A stretch of DNA of 64,000 bases from an uncultured delta proteobacterium. Lineage in GTDB: Bacteria > Myxococcota_A > Polyangia > Haliangiales > Haliangiaceae. The stretch covers positions 224,001-288,000 of the forward strand of contig CAWKDB010000010.1 in the NCBI GenBank assembly GCA_963848295.1, in the 5' to 3' direction. A model generated the notes under the pieces. It searched no databases, had not been told where the DNA came from, and saw only the letters and a program-made list of their open reading frames with translations. Shown here piece after piece: positions 54,782 to 64,000 of this stretch. The position numbers and the translations under genes were made by a program. Position 1 is the first letter of the stretch, and each line of letters opens with the position of its first letter.

Positions 54782-56695
54782 TTATTGGCGCAGCTTGGCG
54801 CGGAACGCGTCGATCCGATGGGCCTGGTCGTCGATCTCGGTCGGGTGATACTGGATGAAGTCCGCGAGGTTGTTCCACTCGCCCTCGAGCACGGCGCCGT
54901 TCTTCGCCTTGTAGCCGTCGTACTCCCGCTTGACCGCTTTGAACTTCGCGGCGACTTGCTCGTGAGTCAGCGCATCGGGTTTCGGCTCGCGCTTCGCCGA
55001 ATCGTGGCGCCTCGAGTCGGGATGCGACTTGCGACCGGGCACGAGCTTACGCGGATTAGGCCGATCGACTTGCACGGCTGGATCGATCGCCGGCGGCGCG
55101 ACCGCGGCATCGGCCGGGACGACCTCGACCGCCGCGTCGCTCGGCGTGATGTGCTCGACCGTCGGCTGCTGCGGGGGACGATCGGCGGTCGAGCTCGCGG
55201 CACCACCGGGCTCGTTGTTCGCGGCGACCGCGCTGCCATTGTCCTTCGGCGTGCTCTCGGAGCCATTGCGCGTCATCGCGAACACGAGGCCGCCGACGAC
55301 GAGGACCGCGCTCGCGATGCCGAACGCGACGAGGCGGCCACGACCGCGCATCTGCAGAGGCGGGACCGTGCCCGTGCCGTCCGCGAGCGAGAGCTCTTCG
55401 GTCTGCGACACGAGCATCTGCGTGCTCGGCGGTGGCTGCGTCGACGGCCGGGGCCTGCCCGCTGCCGGCAGTGGCGCCGAAGGGCGATGCGGATCGATCG
55501 ACGGGCGGTGCCCCGGCTGCTGGGTCGAGGCGCGCGGCACCGGATGCTGAGTCGACGGCCGCACCGGCAGCGCGGGCGCACGATCCTCGGGCGGCGCGGG
55601 CAGCGGCATGTTCATCAACGCGAACGACACGGTCGACACCGTCTGAGTCGTCAGCTGTTCTTGGAAGTCGGCGAGATGTGCCTTCGCGACGCGCTCGTGC
55701 AGCTCTTTCTGCGCGGTCATCTCGTCCATGAACAGGTCGCGCATGAACGACCCGAGCTGATCGGTGGAGATCGTCGGGTTGACGCTGACCAGGCACTGCT
55801 GGATCGCGTCGCGGAACTCCGCGGCCGACTGATAGCGATCGTCCGAGGTCGGGCGCAGCGCGGTCGCGACGAGATCGTCGTACGGCGCCAGCGCCGGATC
55901 GACCTCCGACGGCAACGCGTGCTCACCCTTCGCGACCTTGCGGGCGAGCGCGCGATAATCGGGTTCGGGTCCCGCTTCGTACAGCCGCTGTCCCGTGAGC
56001 AGCTCGAACAGCACGACGCCAGCGGCGTACAGATCGGTGCGGTGGTCGACGACGCCACCGCGGATCAGCTGCTCCGGCGCCATGTAGCCGAACTTGCCGA
56101 AGCCCATCTTCGGATCGGTCGCGGTCCCGCGGATCGCGCTCTTCGCGATGCCGAAGTCGATCACCTTGGTCTCGCCTTCGAACGACACGAGCACGTTCGG
56201 CGGCGAGATATCGCAGTGCACGAGGTTGAGCGATGCGCCGTCGTTCGACGTTCGCCGGTGCGCATAGGCCAACCCGTTCGCGAGCTCGCGACCGATGAAC
56301 AGCGCGAGGTCGGGCGGCATGCGTTGCTTGGCTTGGATCAAGCGCGCGAGCGTGCGCCGCAGGTCGCGGCCCTCGACGTATTCGAGCGCCAGGAAGTACT
56401 CCTCGCCGACCCGACCGACCTCGAACACCTGGGCGACGTTGACGTGCTGGAGCTTGATCGCGACCTGCGCCTCGTCGACAAACCGCGAGATGAACTGGGC
56501 GTCGGCGGCGAGGTGCGGGAGCACCTTCTTGATCACCGCGAGCTTTTCGAACCCGGCGAGGCCGTGCTTCGCGAGGAAGATCTCCCCCATACCTCCGCGC
56601 GACAACCGCTGCACCAACAGGTACCGCCCGAACACCTGAGGCAGGCTCGGTTCAGCGCGGCCGTGCGGACCGGTGTTCAGCCCTTTGTCGGTCAT
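54782..56695 (-). CDS. Transmembrane Hanks-type Ser/Thr kinase (non-RD)
   Basis: GGMGE, VIKK, HCDISPPN, DFG, YMAPE; Pro-rich linker and a TM helix. Confidence 0.93.
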   Translation of the reverse strand: MTDKGLNTGPHGRAEPSLPQVFGRYLLVQRLSRGGMGEIFLAKHGLAGFEKLAVIKKVLPHLAADAQFISRFVDEAQVAIKLQHVNVAQVFEVGRVGEEYFLALEYVEGRDLRRTLARLIQAKQRMPPDLALFIGRELANGLAYAHRRTSNDGASLNLVHCDISPPNVLVSFEGETKVIDFGIAKSAIRGTATDPKMGFGKFGYMAPEQLIRGGVVDHRTDLYAAGVVLFELLTGQRLYEAGPEPDYRALARKVAKGEHALPSEVDPALAPYDDLVATALRPTSDDRYQSAAEFRDAIQQCLVSVNPTISTDQLGSFMRDLFMDEMTAQKELHERVAKAHLADFQEQLTTQTVSTVSFALMNMPLPAPPEDRAPALPVRPSTQHPVPRASTQQPGHRPSIDPHRPSAPLPAAGRPRPSTQPPPSTQMLVSQTEELSLADGTGTVPPLQMRGRGRLVAFGIASAVLVVGGLVFAMTRNGSESTPKDNGSAVAANNEPGGAASSTADRPPQQPTVEHITPSDAAVEVVPADAAVAPPAIDPAVQVDRPNPRKLVPGRKSHPDSRRHDSAKREPKPDALTHEQVAAKFKAVKREYDGYKAKNGAVLEGEWNNLADFIQYHPTEIDDQAHRIDAFRAKLRQ

Positions 56696-56844
56696 TGGCT
56701 GCAACGCTAGCAATCCTACGTGATCGTGAGCGTCCTACAACGATTGCGTCGCGGCGGGGAAACGATCTTCTATTGCGAGATGTTACCCTTGCGAATCGCG
56801 TGGTTGTGTGCCGCCATCGCTCTCTGGTAGCGTCCCCGTTGACG

Positions 56845-58410
56845 ATGCGCTGGTTCCTTTTGACTGCGGCGGCGCTCGGCGCGGGCGGCTGCCAGCAGAT
56901 CACCGGCAATAGCGACAGCACCGTCAGCCTCACGCTCGATATCCCGAACGCGGCGCTCGACCCAAAGGGCTACACCCAGGTCGACCTGCGAATTCACTCG
57001 GCGAGCGGCGACCTGGAGCGCACGGTCGCGGTCGACGGCACGACCTCGCCGCCGACGTTCGATTTCGGGACCGTCGACGCCGACATGGGCGTGACCGTCG
57101 AAGCGGTGCTGCGCAATGCGAGCGGCACCGCGGTCGGCTACGGCCGGAGCGCTGGGCCGGTCGATCTCGAGCCCAACGACACGATCACGGTACCGGTGCG
57201 GCGGCCCATCGCGTACATCGCCGGCCAGATCAGCGTACCAAGCGATCCGCAGAATCCGACCTCACCGCTGGACTGGACCGAGGCGCCGGCGACGTTCGAT
57301 GACCTGTCGACCGGCGTCGCTCCCGACGGCACCGAGAAGCTCGGCACCAGCGTCGAGTTGATGGTGTCGGCCGGACCGAGCTTGTTCCTGTTCCAGCAGG
57401 CGACGAGCAACCCGAACGGCGCGCTCACCGGCAACGCGACGATCGTCCCGGTCTCGACCGGCGACCACTCGATCGGCACGCCGCTTGCGGGGACGTTGAT
57501 GGGCGGCGTGATCGACGGCGCCGGCAGCGACGACGGCCGATGGCTCGTCGTCGGCACGACGACCGGCCTCTACGTCGTCGATACGATGGCGGGCACCGCG
57601 ACCTCGGTCGCATCCGGCGCGTTCGCGCGCATCGCGGTGGTCGGTTCGGATGACACCGGCGTCACCGCGGTCGCGGTGATGAACCGCACCGCGACCACCG
57701 GCACCTGCTCGTCGAACGCGCAGCTCTACTGGGTGAGCGGCACGACCGCGACCTCGGTCGCGACCGGCGGCTTCGCGGACGTCGCGGCGAGCCAAGGCAC
57801 CGCCTATTACGTCGATGCCTGCAAGGGCGAGCTCGGATCGGTCAGTGCGTCCGGCGCGAGCTCGCTGCGCACCAAGCTCGGCAAGCCGACCGCGCTCGCG
57901 GTGTCCGACGGCCAGGCATACGTCGGGGTCGAGACCCCGGGTACGCCCGCGCAGGTCGCGCTGATGTCGATGGCGACCGCGCCAGGCGCGACCGATACGC
58001 CGCGCACCTTGTGGAGCGAGCCCGCGCAGCAAGTGCTCGAGGCGATCGACTCGGGCGATCAAGGCGTGCAACGCGAGCTCGACTCCGACTCCGCCGTGTT
58101 CGACCAGCTCGAGGTCGGCGCCGGCGGCGACTACGTCGCGACGACGATCACCGCGCACTACTCCGGACCCGAAGTGCCCGACGCGAACTTCCCGGCGATG
58201 GACATCGACGCCGACGAGCTGTTCGTCACCGACGCGGCGACCGGCGCGTTCGCTCAGCGCTATCGCAGCTGGTGCGATGGCGTCTTGACGATCGGCGAGT
58301 TCGACATCCCGGACTGGAAGTGCGCCACGTCGGAGAGCGAGACCGCGCCCACCAACGTGAGCGACGAGCATCGCATCGAGTCGATGACGTTCATGTTCGG
58401 GGAGAAGTAA
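56845..58410 (+). CDS. Large lipoprotein, probable beta-propeller region
   Basis: MRWFLLTAAALGAGGC; Thr/Ser/Gly-rich beta repeats. Confidence 0.75.
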   Translation: MRWFLLTAAALGAGGCQQITGNSDSTVSLTLDIPNAALDPKGYTQVDLRIHSASGDLERTVAVDGTTSPPTFDFGTVDADMGVTVEAVLRNASGTAVGYGRSAGPVDLEPNDTITVPVRRPIAYIAGQISVPSDPQNPTSPLDWTEAPATFDDLSTGVAPDGTEKLGTSVELMVSAGPSLFLFQQATSNPNGALTGNATIVPVSTGDHSIGTPLAGTLMGGVIDGAGSDDGRWLVVGTTTGLYVVDTMAGTATSVASGAFARIAVVGSDDTGVTAVAVMNRTATTGTCSSNAQLYWVSGTTATSVATGGFADVAASQGTAYYVDACKGELGSVSASGASSLRTKLGKPTALAVSDGQAYVGVETPGTPAQVALMSMATAPGATDTPRTLWSEPAQQVLEAIDSGDQGVQRELDSDSAVFDQLEVGAGGDYVATTITAHYSGPEVPDANFPAMDIDADELFVTDAATGAFAQRYRSWCDGVLTIGEFDIPDWKCATSESETAPTNVSDEHRIESMTFMFGEK

Positions 58411-59246
58411 TGCGCGCGGTCCTCGTCAGCGTGTCGATCGTGCTCGCGTTCGCCGCGCTCGCTCACGCAGATCCGGATCCCAAGCGCAAGGTGATCGTCC
58501 TGGAGTTCCGCTCGGGGTCGTCGGCGCTGCCGCACATCTCGGATCGCGTCGTCCGGGCGATCGCGAAGCAGACGTCGCTCGACGTGCTCGGCACCGACCA
58601 GACGCGCGCGATCTACGGCGAGCACCTCGATCAAGTCATCGCCAAGTGCGCCGGCGAGGCCGATTGCGTCGCGCGCATCGGCCAGAAGGTCGGCGCCGCC
58701 GAGGTCGTGCTCGTCGGCGTCAGCGAGCTCGGCGACGTGATCCTGACGATGCAGCGGATCGACGTCGGCGATCACTCGGTCAAGACGCGAATCGCCGATT
58801 CGCTCGCCGCCGGAGCCCAGCCGAGCGACGCGCAGCTCGACGACTACCTGACCCGCCTGCTCCCCCCCAGCGACTTCTTGCGCTTCGGCGTGATCGACAT
58901 CATCGCGAGCGAAGCGGGCGCAGCCGTCTCGATCAGCGGCCAACCCAAAGGCGTCACGCCGATTCCGTCACTGCGAGTCCACGCACCGGCGGCCTACGCG
59001 ATCAAAGTCGAGAAAGACGGCTTCGTGCCGTTCACGACCCAGATCACCGTCGCGCCCGACAGCGTCTTCAAGGTCAAGGCCGAGCTCCAACGCCGCGGCC
59101 ACACCGCGTGGTACCAGCACTGGTACGTCATCACCGTCGCCGGCGCCCTCGTCGCCGGAGCCGCCGGCACCGCGATCTACTTCGCGTCGCAGCCCAGTGG
59201 TGGCAACGGCATGGGCACCCTCACCCTCAAAGGCACCATCCAGTAG
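58410..59246 (+). CDS. PEGA-domain membrane protein
   Basis: Signal peptide; C..E..C..RIG motif; GVTP...KDGF; WYQHWY before a TM helix. Confidence 0.8.
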   Translation: MRAVLVSVSIVLAFAALAHADPDPKRKVIVLEFRSGSSALPHISDRVVRAIAKQTSLDVLGTDQTRAIYGEHLDQVIAKCAGEADCVARIGQKVGAAEVVLVGVSELGDVILTMQRIDVGDHSVKTRIADSLAAGAQPSDAQLDDYLTRLLPPSDFLRFGVIDIIASEAGAAVSISGQPKGVTPIPSLRVHAPAAYAIKVEKDGFVPFTTQITVAPDSVFKVKAELQRRGHTAWYQHWYVITVAGALVAGAAGTAIYFASQPSGGNGMGTLTLKGTIQ

Positions 59247-59348
59247 CTGGGGACGCTGTCTCTTTTGTCACCTTGCGCGTGCACACCACCGCGCCAACAT
59301 CACGTGATCTAAGCGCTTCGCTGGGGACGCTGTCTCTTTTGTCACCTT
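59246..59348. repeat. Perfect 29-bp direct repeat pair with a 45-bp spacer
   Basis: GCTGGGGACGCTGTCTCTTTTGTCACCTT at 59246-59274 and 59320-59348. Confidence 0.92.
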
Positions 59349-59797
59349 CCAGGGATCTCGCGAATCATCACGAGCGCGTCTTCTCCGTTGTCTTGGTAGT
59401 AGCTCTTGCGCACGTGCACGGTCGCGAACCCGGCGCGCTCGTACAACTTGATCGCGGGCCGGTTGCCCGCGCGGACCTCGAGCGTCGCGAGCGTGCAGCC
59501 GAGCGCCTCCCCACTCGCGAGCACGTGGGCGAGCAGGACGCCGGCGATGCCGCGACCTCGATGATCCGGGTGCGTGGCGATCGCGAGCACGTGGATCTCC
59601 GGCACGACGAGCCAGTAGTTGCAGAACCCGACGACCGCGTCGCCGCTGCGCGCGGTGTCGAGCCGGGCCCAATCGCGCTCGAGCTCCGCCGCGAAGGTCT
59701 CGCGCGGCCATGGCTGCGTGAACGAGTGGCGCTCGATCTCGTCGATCGCATCGAGATCCGCCGCTTGCGCGGGCGCGATCGCGAGCACGACGGTCAC
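59342..59797 (-). CDS. rimI: Ribosomal-protein-alanine N-acetyltransferase
   Basis: IERHSFTQPW, RGRGIA, TLEVRAGN, RKSYY...EDALVM. Confidence 0.9.
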   Translation of the reverse strand: MTVVLAIAPAQAADLDAIDEIERHSFTQPWPRETFAAELERDWARLDTARSGDAVVGFCNYWLVVPEIHVLAIATHPDHRGRGIAGVLLAHVLASGEALGCTLATLEVRAGNRPAIKLYERAGFATVHVRKSYYQDNGEDALVMIREIPGR

Positions 59798-60375
59798 GGC
59801 TTCCCGACGAGCCCGCCGACCGCTCGCCACAGCACGTCGATGCCGTCACCGGTCTGTGCTGACACGGCGAGCGGATCGCGATCGAGGTCGAGGTCGCGGC
59901 GCGCACGCGCAACCTCGGGCGCACGCGCGTGCTTCGACAGCTTGTCGGACTTCGTCATCGCCACGATGATCGGCGTCCCCCGCGCTTCGAGCCAGGGCAC
60001 GAAGTCGAGCTCCTCGTCCTGCGCGCCGCGGCGAATGTCGAGCAGCAGCAGCACGCCGGCGAGCGCCTTGCGCGTCGACAGGTAGCCTTCGATCAGCGGC
60101 CGCCAGCTCTCGCGCATCGCCTTGGTGACTTGCGCGAACCCGAATCCCGGCAAGTCGACGAGGTGGAACCGCGCGTCGATCTCGAACCAATTGATCAGCC
60201 TGGTGCGGCCCGGCGTGCGCGATGTCTTCGCGAGCGCTCGCTGGCCGACGAGCGCGTTGATCAGGCTCGACTTGCCGACGTTCGAACGACCGACGACCGC
60301 GATCTCGGGCAAGCCCTCGGGCGGAAACCCTTCGGGCCCGGCAGCCGAGGTGATGAACTTCGCGGATAGCTTCAC
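59794..60375 (-). CDS. engB: Ribosome biogenesis GTPase YihA/YsxC
   Basis: GRSNVGKSSLIN, TPGRT, DLPGFG, TKSDK. Confidence 0.95.
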   Translation of the reverse strand: MKLSAKFITSAAGPEGFPPEGLPEIAVVGRSNVGKSSLINALVGQRALAKTSRTPGRTRLINWFEIDARFHLVDLPGFGFAQVTKAMRESWRPLIEGYLSTRKALAGVLLLLDIRRGAQDEELDFVPWLEARGTPIIVAMTKSDKLSKHARAPEVARARRDLDLDRDPLAVSAQTGDGIDVLWRAVGGLVGKP

Positions 60376-60824
60376 GGCGTGCTCGCGATCGCGTGGACCG
60401 GCGCGCTCGGATCGAACGGGCGCGACGAGGTCGCGCGCGCGTGACACGTCATGCACAGCTCGGCGCGCAGCTTCGGGGTCGAGACGTCGACGAGCCCGAG
60501 CGCGAGCGCGACCGGGCGATCGCGCATGACATCGTCGGGCGCGTACGCCGCGCCGGCGCCGTGACACGCTTCACAGCCGACCTCGACCGCGATCGCGACG
60601 CCCGCTGGGGCCTCGCCCGTGCCGTGGCAGCCGAGGCAGCGCGCCTCGGGACGCGCGGCGAACCGATGGCGTGTCGTCGCGTGCGGGGTCGTCTGCCATG
60701 CTGCGAGCTCTCGCGGATGGCAGGCGCCGCAGGCCGCGCTGCCGGTGAAGTCGCGTGGGCTCGCGATCGCGCGCGGCGCGGTGATCGCGAACGCGAGAAC
60801 GGCAATTGCGGCGCGCGCGGCCAT
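60372..60824 (-). CDS. Periplasmic tetraheme c-type cytochrome (c554-like)
   Basis: Signal peptide; CGACH, CLGCH, CEACH, CMTCH. Confidence 0.85.
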   Translation of the reverse strand: MAARAAIAVLAFAITAPRAIASPRDFTGSAACGACHPRELAAWQTTPHATTRHRFAARPEARCLGCHGTGEAPAGVAIAVEVGCEACHGAGAAYAPDDVMRDRPVALALGLVDVSTPKLRAELCMTCHARATSSRPFDPSAPVHAIASTP

Positions 60825-60886
60825 CGCCGCGAATACTGTCACATTCCTCGCTTGTCGCGCCGCCGGCGCGGCGCGATCCTCGTACC

Positions 60887-61834
60887 GTGAGGGCTGCTGC
60901 GCTGTGCGTGCTGGTCGTGGCCGGCTGTTACTCGTCGGCGCCACCGGCGGGCCCGCCATGCGCGGTCGACGGCGATTGTCCGCAGCCGCAGGTGTGCTCG
61001 GTGCTCACGAACACGTGCCGGGCGGCGCAGGAGAGCTGCGACGACGTCGACCCACCTTGCCCGCCCAACGACCTCGCGACCGGCGCGATCGACGTCACCG
61101 CCGGCGGGACGTTCGCCGCGAACCTCGTGCACGCCCATGACGATGACGGCCCGGGCACCGACCCCGCCTGCGGCGATGTCGGCGGCCGCGACGTGTTCTA
61201 TGAGGTCACGCTCTCTGCCGCCGAGGTGTTCTACTTCGACACGTTCGGCTCGAGCTTCGCGAGCGTGATCCGGGTGTACCCCGCCGCGTGCGCGAACCTC
61301 GCCGGCGCAACCGCGCGCTGCTCGGAAGCCGCGTGTGCGACGGCCCAGAGCCAGCTCGCCCTCCATCTCGCCGCCGGCACGAGCTGCATCGTCGTGGACC
61401 AGGCATCGAACGCCGAGCAGACCGGCGACCTCTCGTTACTCGTCGTCCCAGGGGGCCGCGACGGCAAGCCGCTCGCGCAAGGCGCCGCGACCGCGACCGG
61501 CGACACGTGCAACTCGACGAACGTCGACGAGCCACTCGATCAGAACTGCGACGGGCCGGGTAGCGGCGGCAAGGACGACGGCTACTTCTTCACGACCTGC
61601 CCCGGCGCGACCGAGCTGCTCGATGCCGATACCTGCACCGACACGACCTGGGACACGGTGCTGTACGTCCATCGCATCACCGGGGAGCAACTCGGTTGCA
61701 ACGACGACAGCTGCAGCGATAGGTCGATGTTCGCGAACGCGCCGATCAGCGGCGCGGTGCTGTACTGGCTGATCGTCGACGGGTTTTCGCCCAGCGACTG
61801 CGGGGCGTATACGCTGACCACGAACTTGCGCTAA
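60887..61834 (+). CDS. Cys-rich lipoprotein
   Basis: VAGC lipobox; two related modules (DVFY...DTFGSSF; DTC...WDTVLYV...CNDD). Confidence 0.75.
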   Translation: MRAAALCVLVVAGCYSSAPPAGPPCAVDGDCPQPQVCSVLTNTCRAAQESCDDVDPPCPPNDLATGAIDVTAGGTFAANLVHAHDDDGPGTDPACGDVGGRDVFYEVTLSAAEVFYFDTFGSSFASVIRVYPAACANLAGATARCSEAACATAQSQLALHLAAGTSCIVVDQASNAEQTGDLSLLVVPGGRDGKPLAQGAATATGDTCNSTNVDEPLDQNCDGPGSGGKDDGYFFTTCPGATELLDADTCTDTTWDTVLYVHRITGEQLGCNDDSCSDRSMFANAPISGAVLYWLIVDGFSPSDCGAYTLTTNLR

Positions 61835-61843
61835 GAAGCGATC

Positions 61844-63605
61844 GTGACCGCGCACGTGATCGGACTGACCGGGGGCATCGCGTCCGGCAAGAGCACGGTC
61901 GCGGCGATGCTCGCTGCGCGCGGGGCGATCATCATCGATGCCGACCGGATCGCGCGCCAAGTCGTCGAGCCCGGACAACCGGCGCTCGCGGAGCTGGTCG
62001 CTCGGTTTGGCGCCGCGATCCTGGCGCCCGATGGCACGCTCGACCGCAAGCGGCTGGCCGCGATCGCGTTCAGCGATCCCGACGCACGCGCCGATCTCGG
62101 CCGGATCACGCACCCGCGAATCGCAGCGGCAAGCGCCCAGGCGATCGCCACGTGGAGCGAGGCCGGCGCGAACATCGTGTTCTACGAAGCGGCCTTGCTC
62201 ATCGAGAATCGCGCGCACAGCGCGATGGCCGGTCTGATCGTCGTCGCCGCCCCGCCCGAGGTCCAGGAAGCGCGGCTGATCGGACGCGACGCGCTATCGC
62301 TCGCCGAAGCGCGCGCTCGCATCGCCGCCCAAGCGCCGCTCGCCGACAAGCTCGCGCTCGCGACGTGGGCGATTCACAACACCGGCGATGTCGCGGAGCT
62401 CGCCGCCCAGGTCGATCGCGTCGTCGCGGACATCGAAGCCAAGCTCGGGCCGATCCGCGCGCCCGCGGTTCGCCGCGCCCGCACCGGCACCGCGCCACAT
62501 AGCCGCGACGTCGCGCTCGTCACCGGGTTTCCGGCGTTCACCGCGAAGCGGATGATCACCAAGCTGCTCGCCGACGAGCCCGAGACCAAGCTCTACGTGC
62601 TCGCCCGCGACAAGTTCGCGCCCGATGCCCAGCAGTTTCTCGACACCGCAGGCGCGCGCGGTCGCGCGGAGATCCTCGTCGGCGATGTCTGCGACATGGA
62701 TCTCAGGACTGTCGAGCGCGGAGTATCGCGCGTTATCGCACGAGCTGACGTGGATCCACCACCTCGCCGGGATCTACTTCATGGGGGTCGACGACGAGAC
62801 CGCACGCCGCGTCAACATCGGCGGCACGCGCACCGTGCTCGACCTCGCGCGCGATGCGACGCAGCTCGAGCGCGTGGTTCACTGGTCGACGGCGTTGGTG
62901 TCCGGCGATCGCCGCGGAACATTTTACGAGGAGGATCTCGAAGCGGGCCAGCGATTTCGTAACGGCTACGAGCGCACGAAGTACGACGCCGAACGGCTCG
63001 TGCGCGCGGCGATGCAACGCCTGCCGATCACGATCATCCGGCCTTCGATCATCGTCGGCGACAGCCGTACCGGTGAGATCGACAAGCTCGACGGCCCGTA
63101 CTACCTGATGGTGCTGATCGCGACCAACGCGAGTGGCCGGCGCCTGCCGATGCTCGGACGTGGTGACACGCCGCTCCATCTCGTGCCGATCGACTACGTG
63201 ACCGACGCCGCCTGGCACGCCGCGCGCTCGATCGGCGGCGCCGGCAAGACGTTCCACATCGTCGATCCGAACCCGCTCACCGCGCGCGCGGTGTTCGAGG
63301 GCGTCGCCGAGCACGCGAACACCGAGAAGCCGCGCGGGCACATTCCACGCCCGCTCGCACGCGCGGTGTTGCGTACACCCGGCCTGTCGCGACTCGGCAA
63401 AGGCCCGCTCGCGTTTCTCGACATGCTGGATCGCCCGATCTACTACGACCAGACCAACACGGCACAGGCCCTCGCCGGGACGACCGTGCGTTGCCCGCCG
63501 CTGTCCGACTATCTACCGACGCTCGTCCGCTACGTGCTCGACGTCTCGCGCGTGCCGTTGCCGGACGACGACGACAGCGTCAGCGATCCGCTCGACAGCC
63601 TGTGA
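61844..63605 (+). CDS. coaE: Dephospho-CoA kinase fused to an extended SDR (frameshift at about 62705)
   Basis: [15 protein letters not shown]; continues in frame into LVTGFPAF...GDV; after an extra A: HLAG, YERTK, RPSIIVG. Confidence 0.85.
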
Positions 63606-63611
63606 CCGCGG

Positions 63612-64000
63612 CTACGGCGAGCGCGCCGTGGCCATGTACAAGTCGTAGCTGCCGCCGACGTCGGACGCGAAGTACATCCGGCAAAAGTCGCGCGACAACC
63701 AGCCGTCGCCGTCGTTGCCGTCGCCGTTGACGCCGGCGATCTCGTACGCGGTGCCGAACGCGTCGCCGATCGCGTCGCGCGTCGCGTACCAGAGGTTGAC
63801 CCCTGCGTGGGTCGCGGACCGGCTCGACGAGAACGTGATGACGAGCTCGTCGAGCGACAGCGCCGGATCGGCCTCGCCGTTGCCGGTGTTGAGCTCGGCG
63901 ATCGGGGTTGGCACGCTCCAGTCGTCGTCGAGCCCATTGCGCGTCGCGAACGCGAGGTGCTGGTTCACCGCATCGGTCGGCGCGAAGTAGAGATGCAACC
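63612..64000 (-). CDS. C-terminal part of a TolB-like (PD40) beta-propeller protein
   Basis: Repeated ELNT...DPALS.D...FSS.R...LW.ATR units; runs off the window. Confidence 0.75.
   Translation of the reverse strand, partial: LHLYFAPTDAVNQHLAFATRNGLDDDWSVPTPIAELNTGNGEADPALSLDELVITFSSSRSATHAGVNLWYATRDAIGDAFGTAYEIAGVNGDGNDGDGWLSRDFCRMYFASDVGGSYDLYMATARSP

Noticed and set aside
59246..59348. Possible mini-CRISPR
   Set aside because: Only two repeats, one overlapping the rimI coding end; no leader or cas genes

Overview
A GC-rich, gene-dense bacterial window whose gene content points to Myxococcota, probably Kofleriaceae/Haliangiales-like (inference from an FHA-sigma54 activator, TIGR02266-type PilZ, PEGA proteins, a Ser/Thr kinase and Cys-rich lipoproteins). 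Housekeeping genes are purH, purD, dnaK, lon, parA, parB, folD, psd, glnB, engB, rimI and coaE. They are interleaved with signalling genes (ECF42 plus DGPF protein, a sigma70-family factor, two double-FHA proteins, a giant TPR/HEAT protein, two PilZ proteins, a kinase) and a FadR-controlled GMC oxidoreductase operon. Mobile DNA comprises an intact IS1380 (terminal IRs and a CTAG duplication), a decayed ISKra4-like transposase, a RAYT-like HUH transposase, a truncated four-helix-bundle cassette between inverted repeats, and a dispersed 81-85 bp palindromic repeat family at two loci 43 kb apart. The most notable candidates are the RAYT with REP-like repeats and the four-helix-bundle relic; a MerR-like HTH plus Cys/His-sigma-region-4 gene pair behind a structured leader; an AT-hook peptide divergent from parAB; a protein with a ~43x (KP) tail; a CoaE-SDR fusion; an orphan SctQ/FliN-like gene; and widespread leaderless-type promoters. 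Several single-base frameshifts in otherwise intact genes suggest assembly indels. No tRNA, rRNA, CRISPR array or parS site was recognised. All family assignments come from motif recognition by eye; no database search was run.
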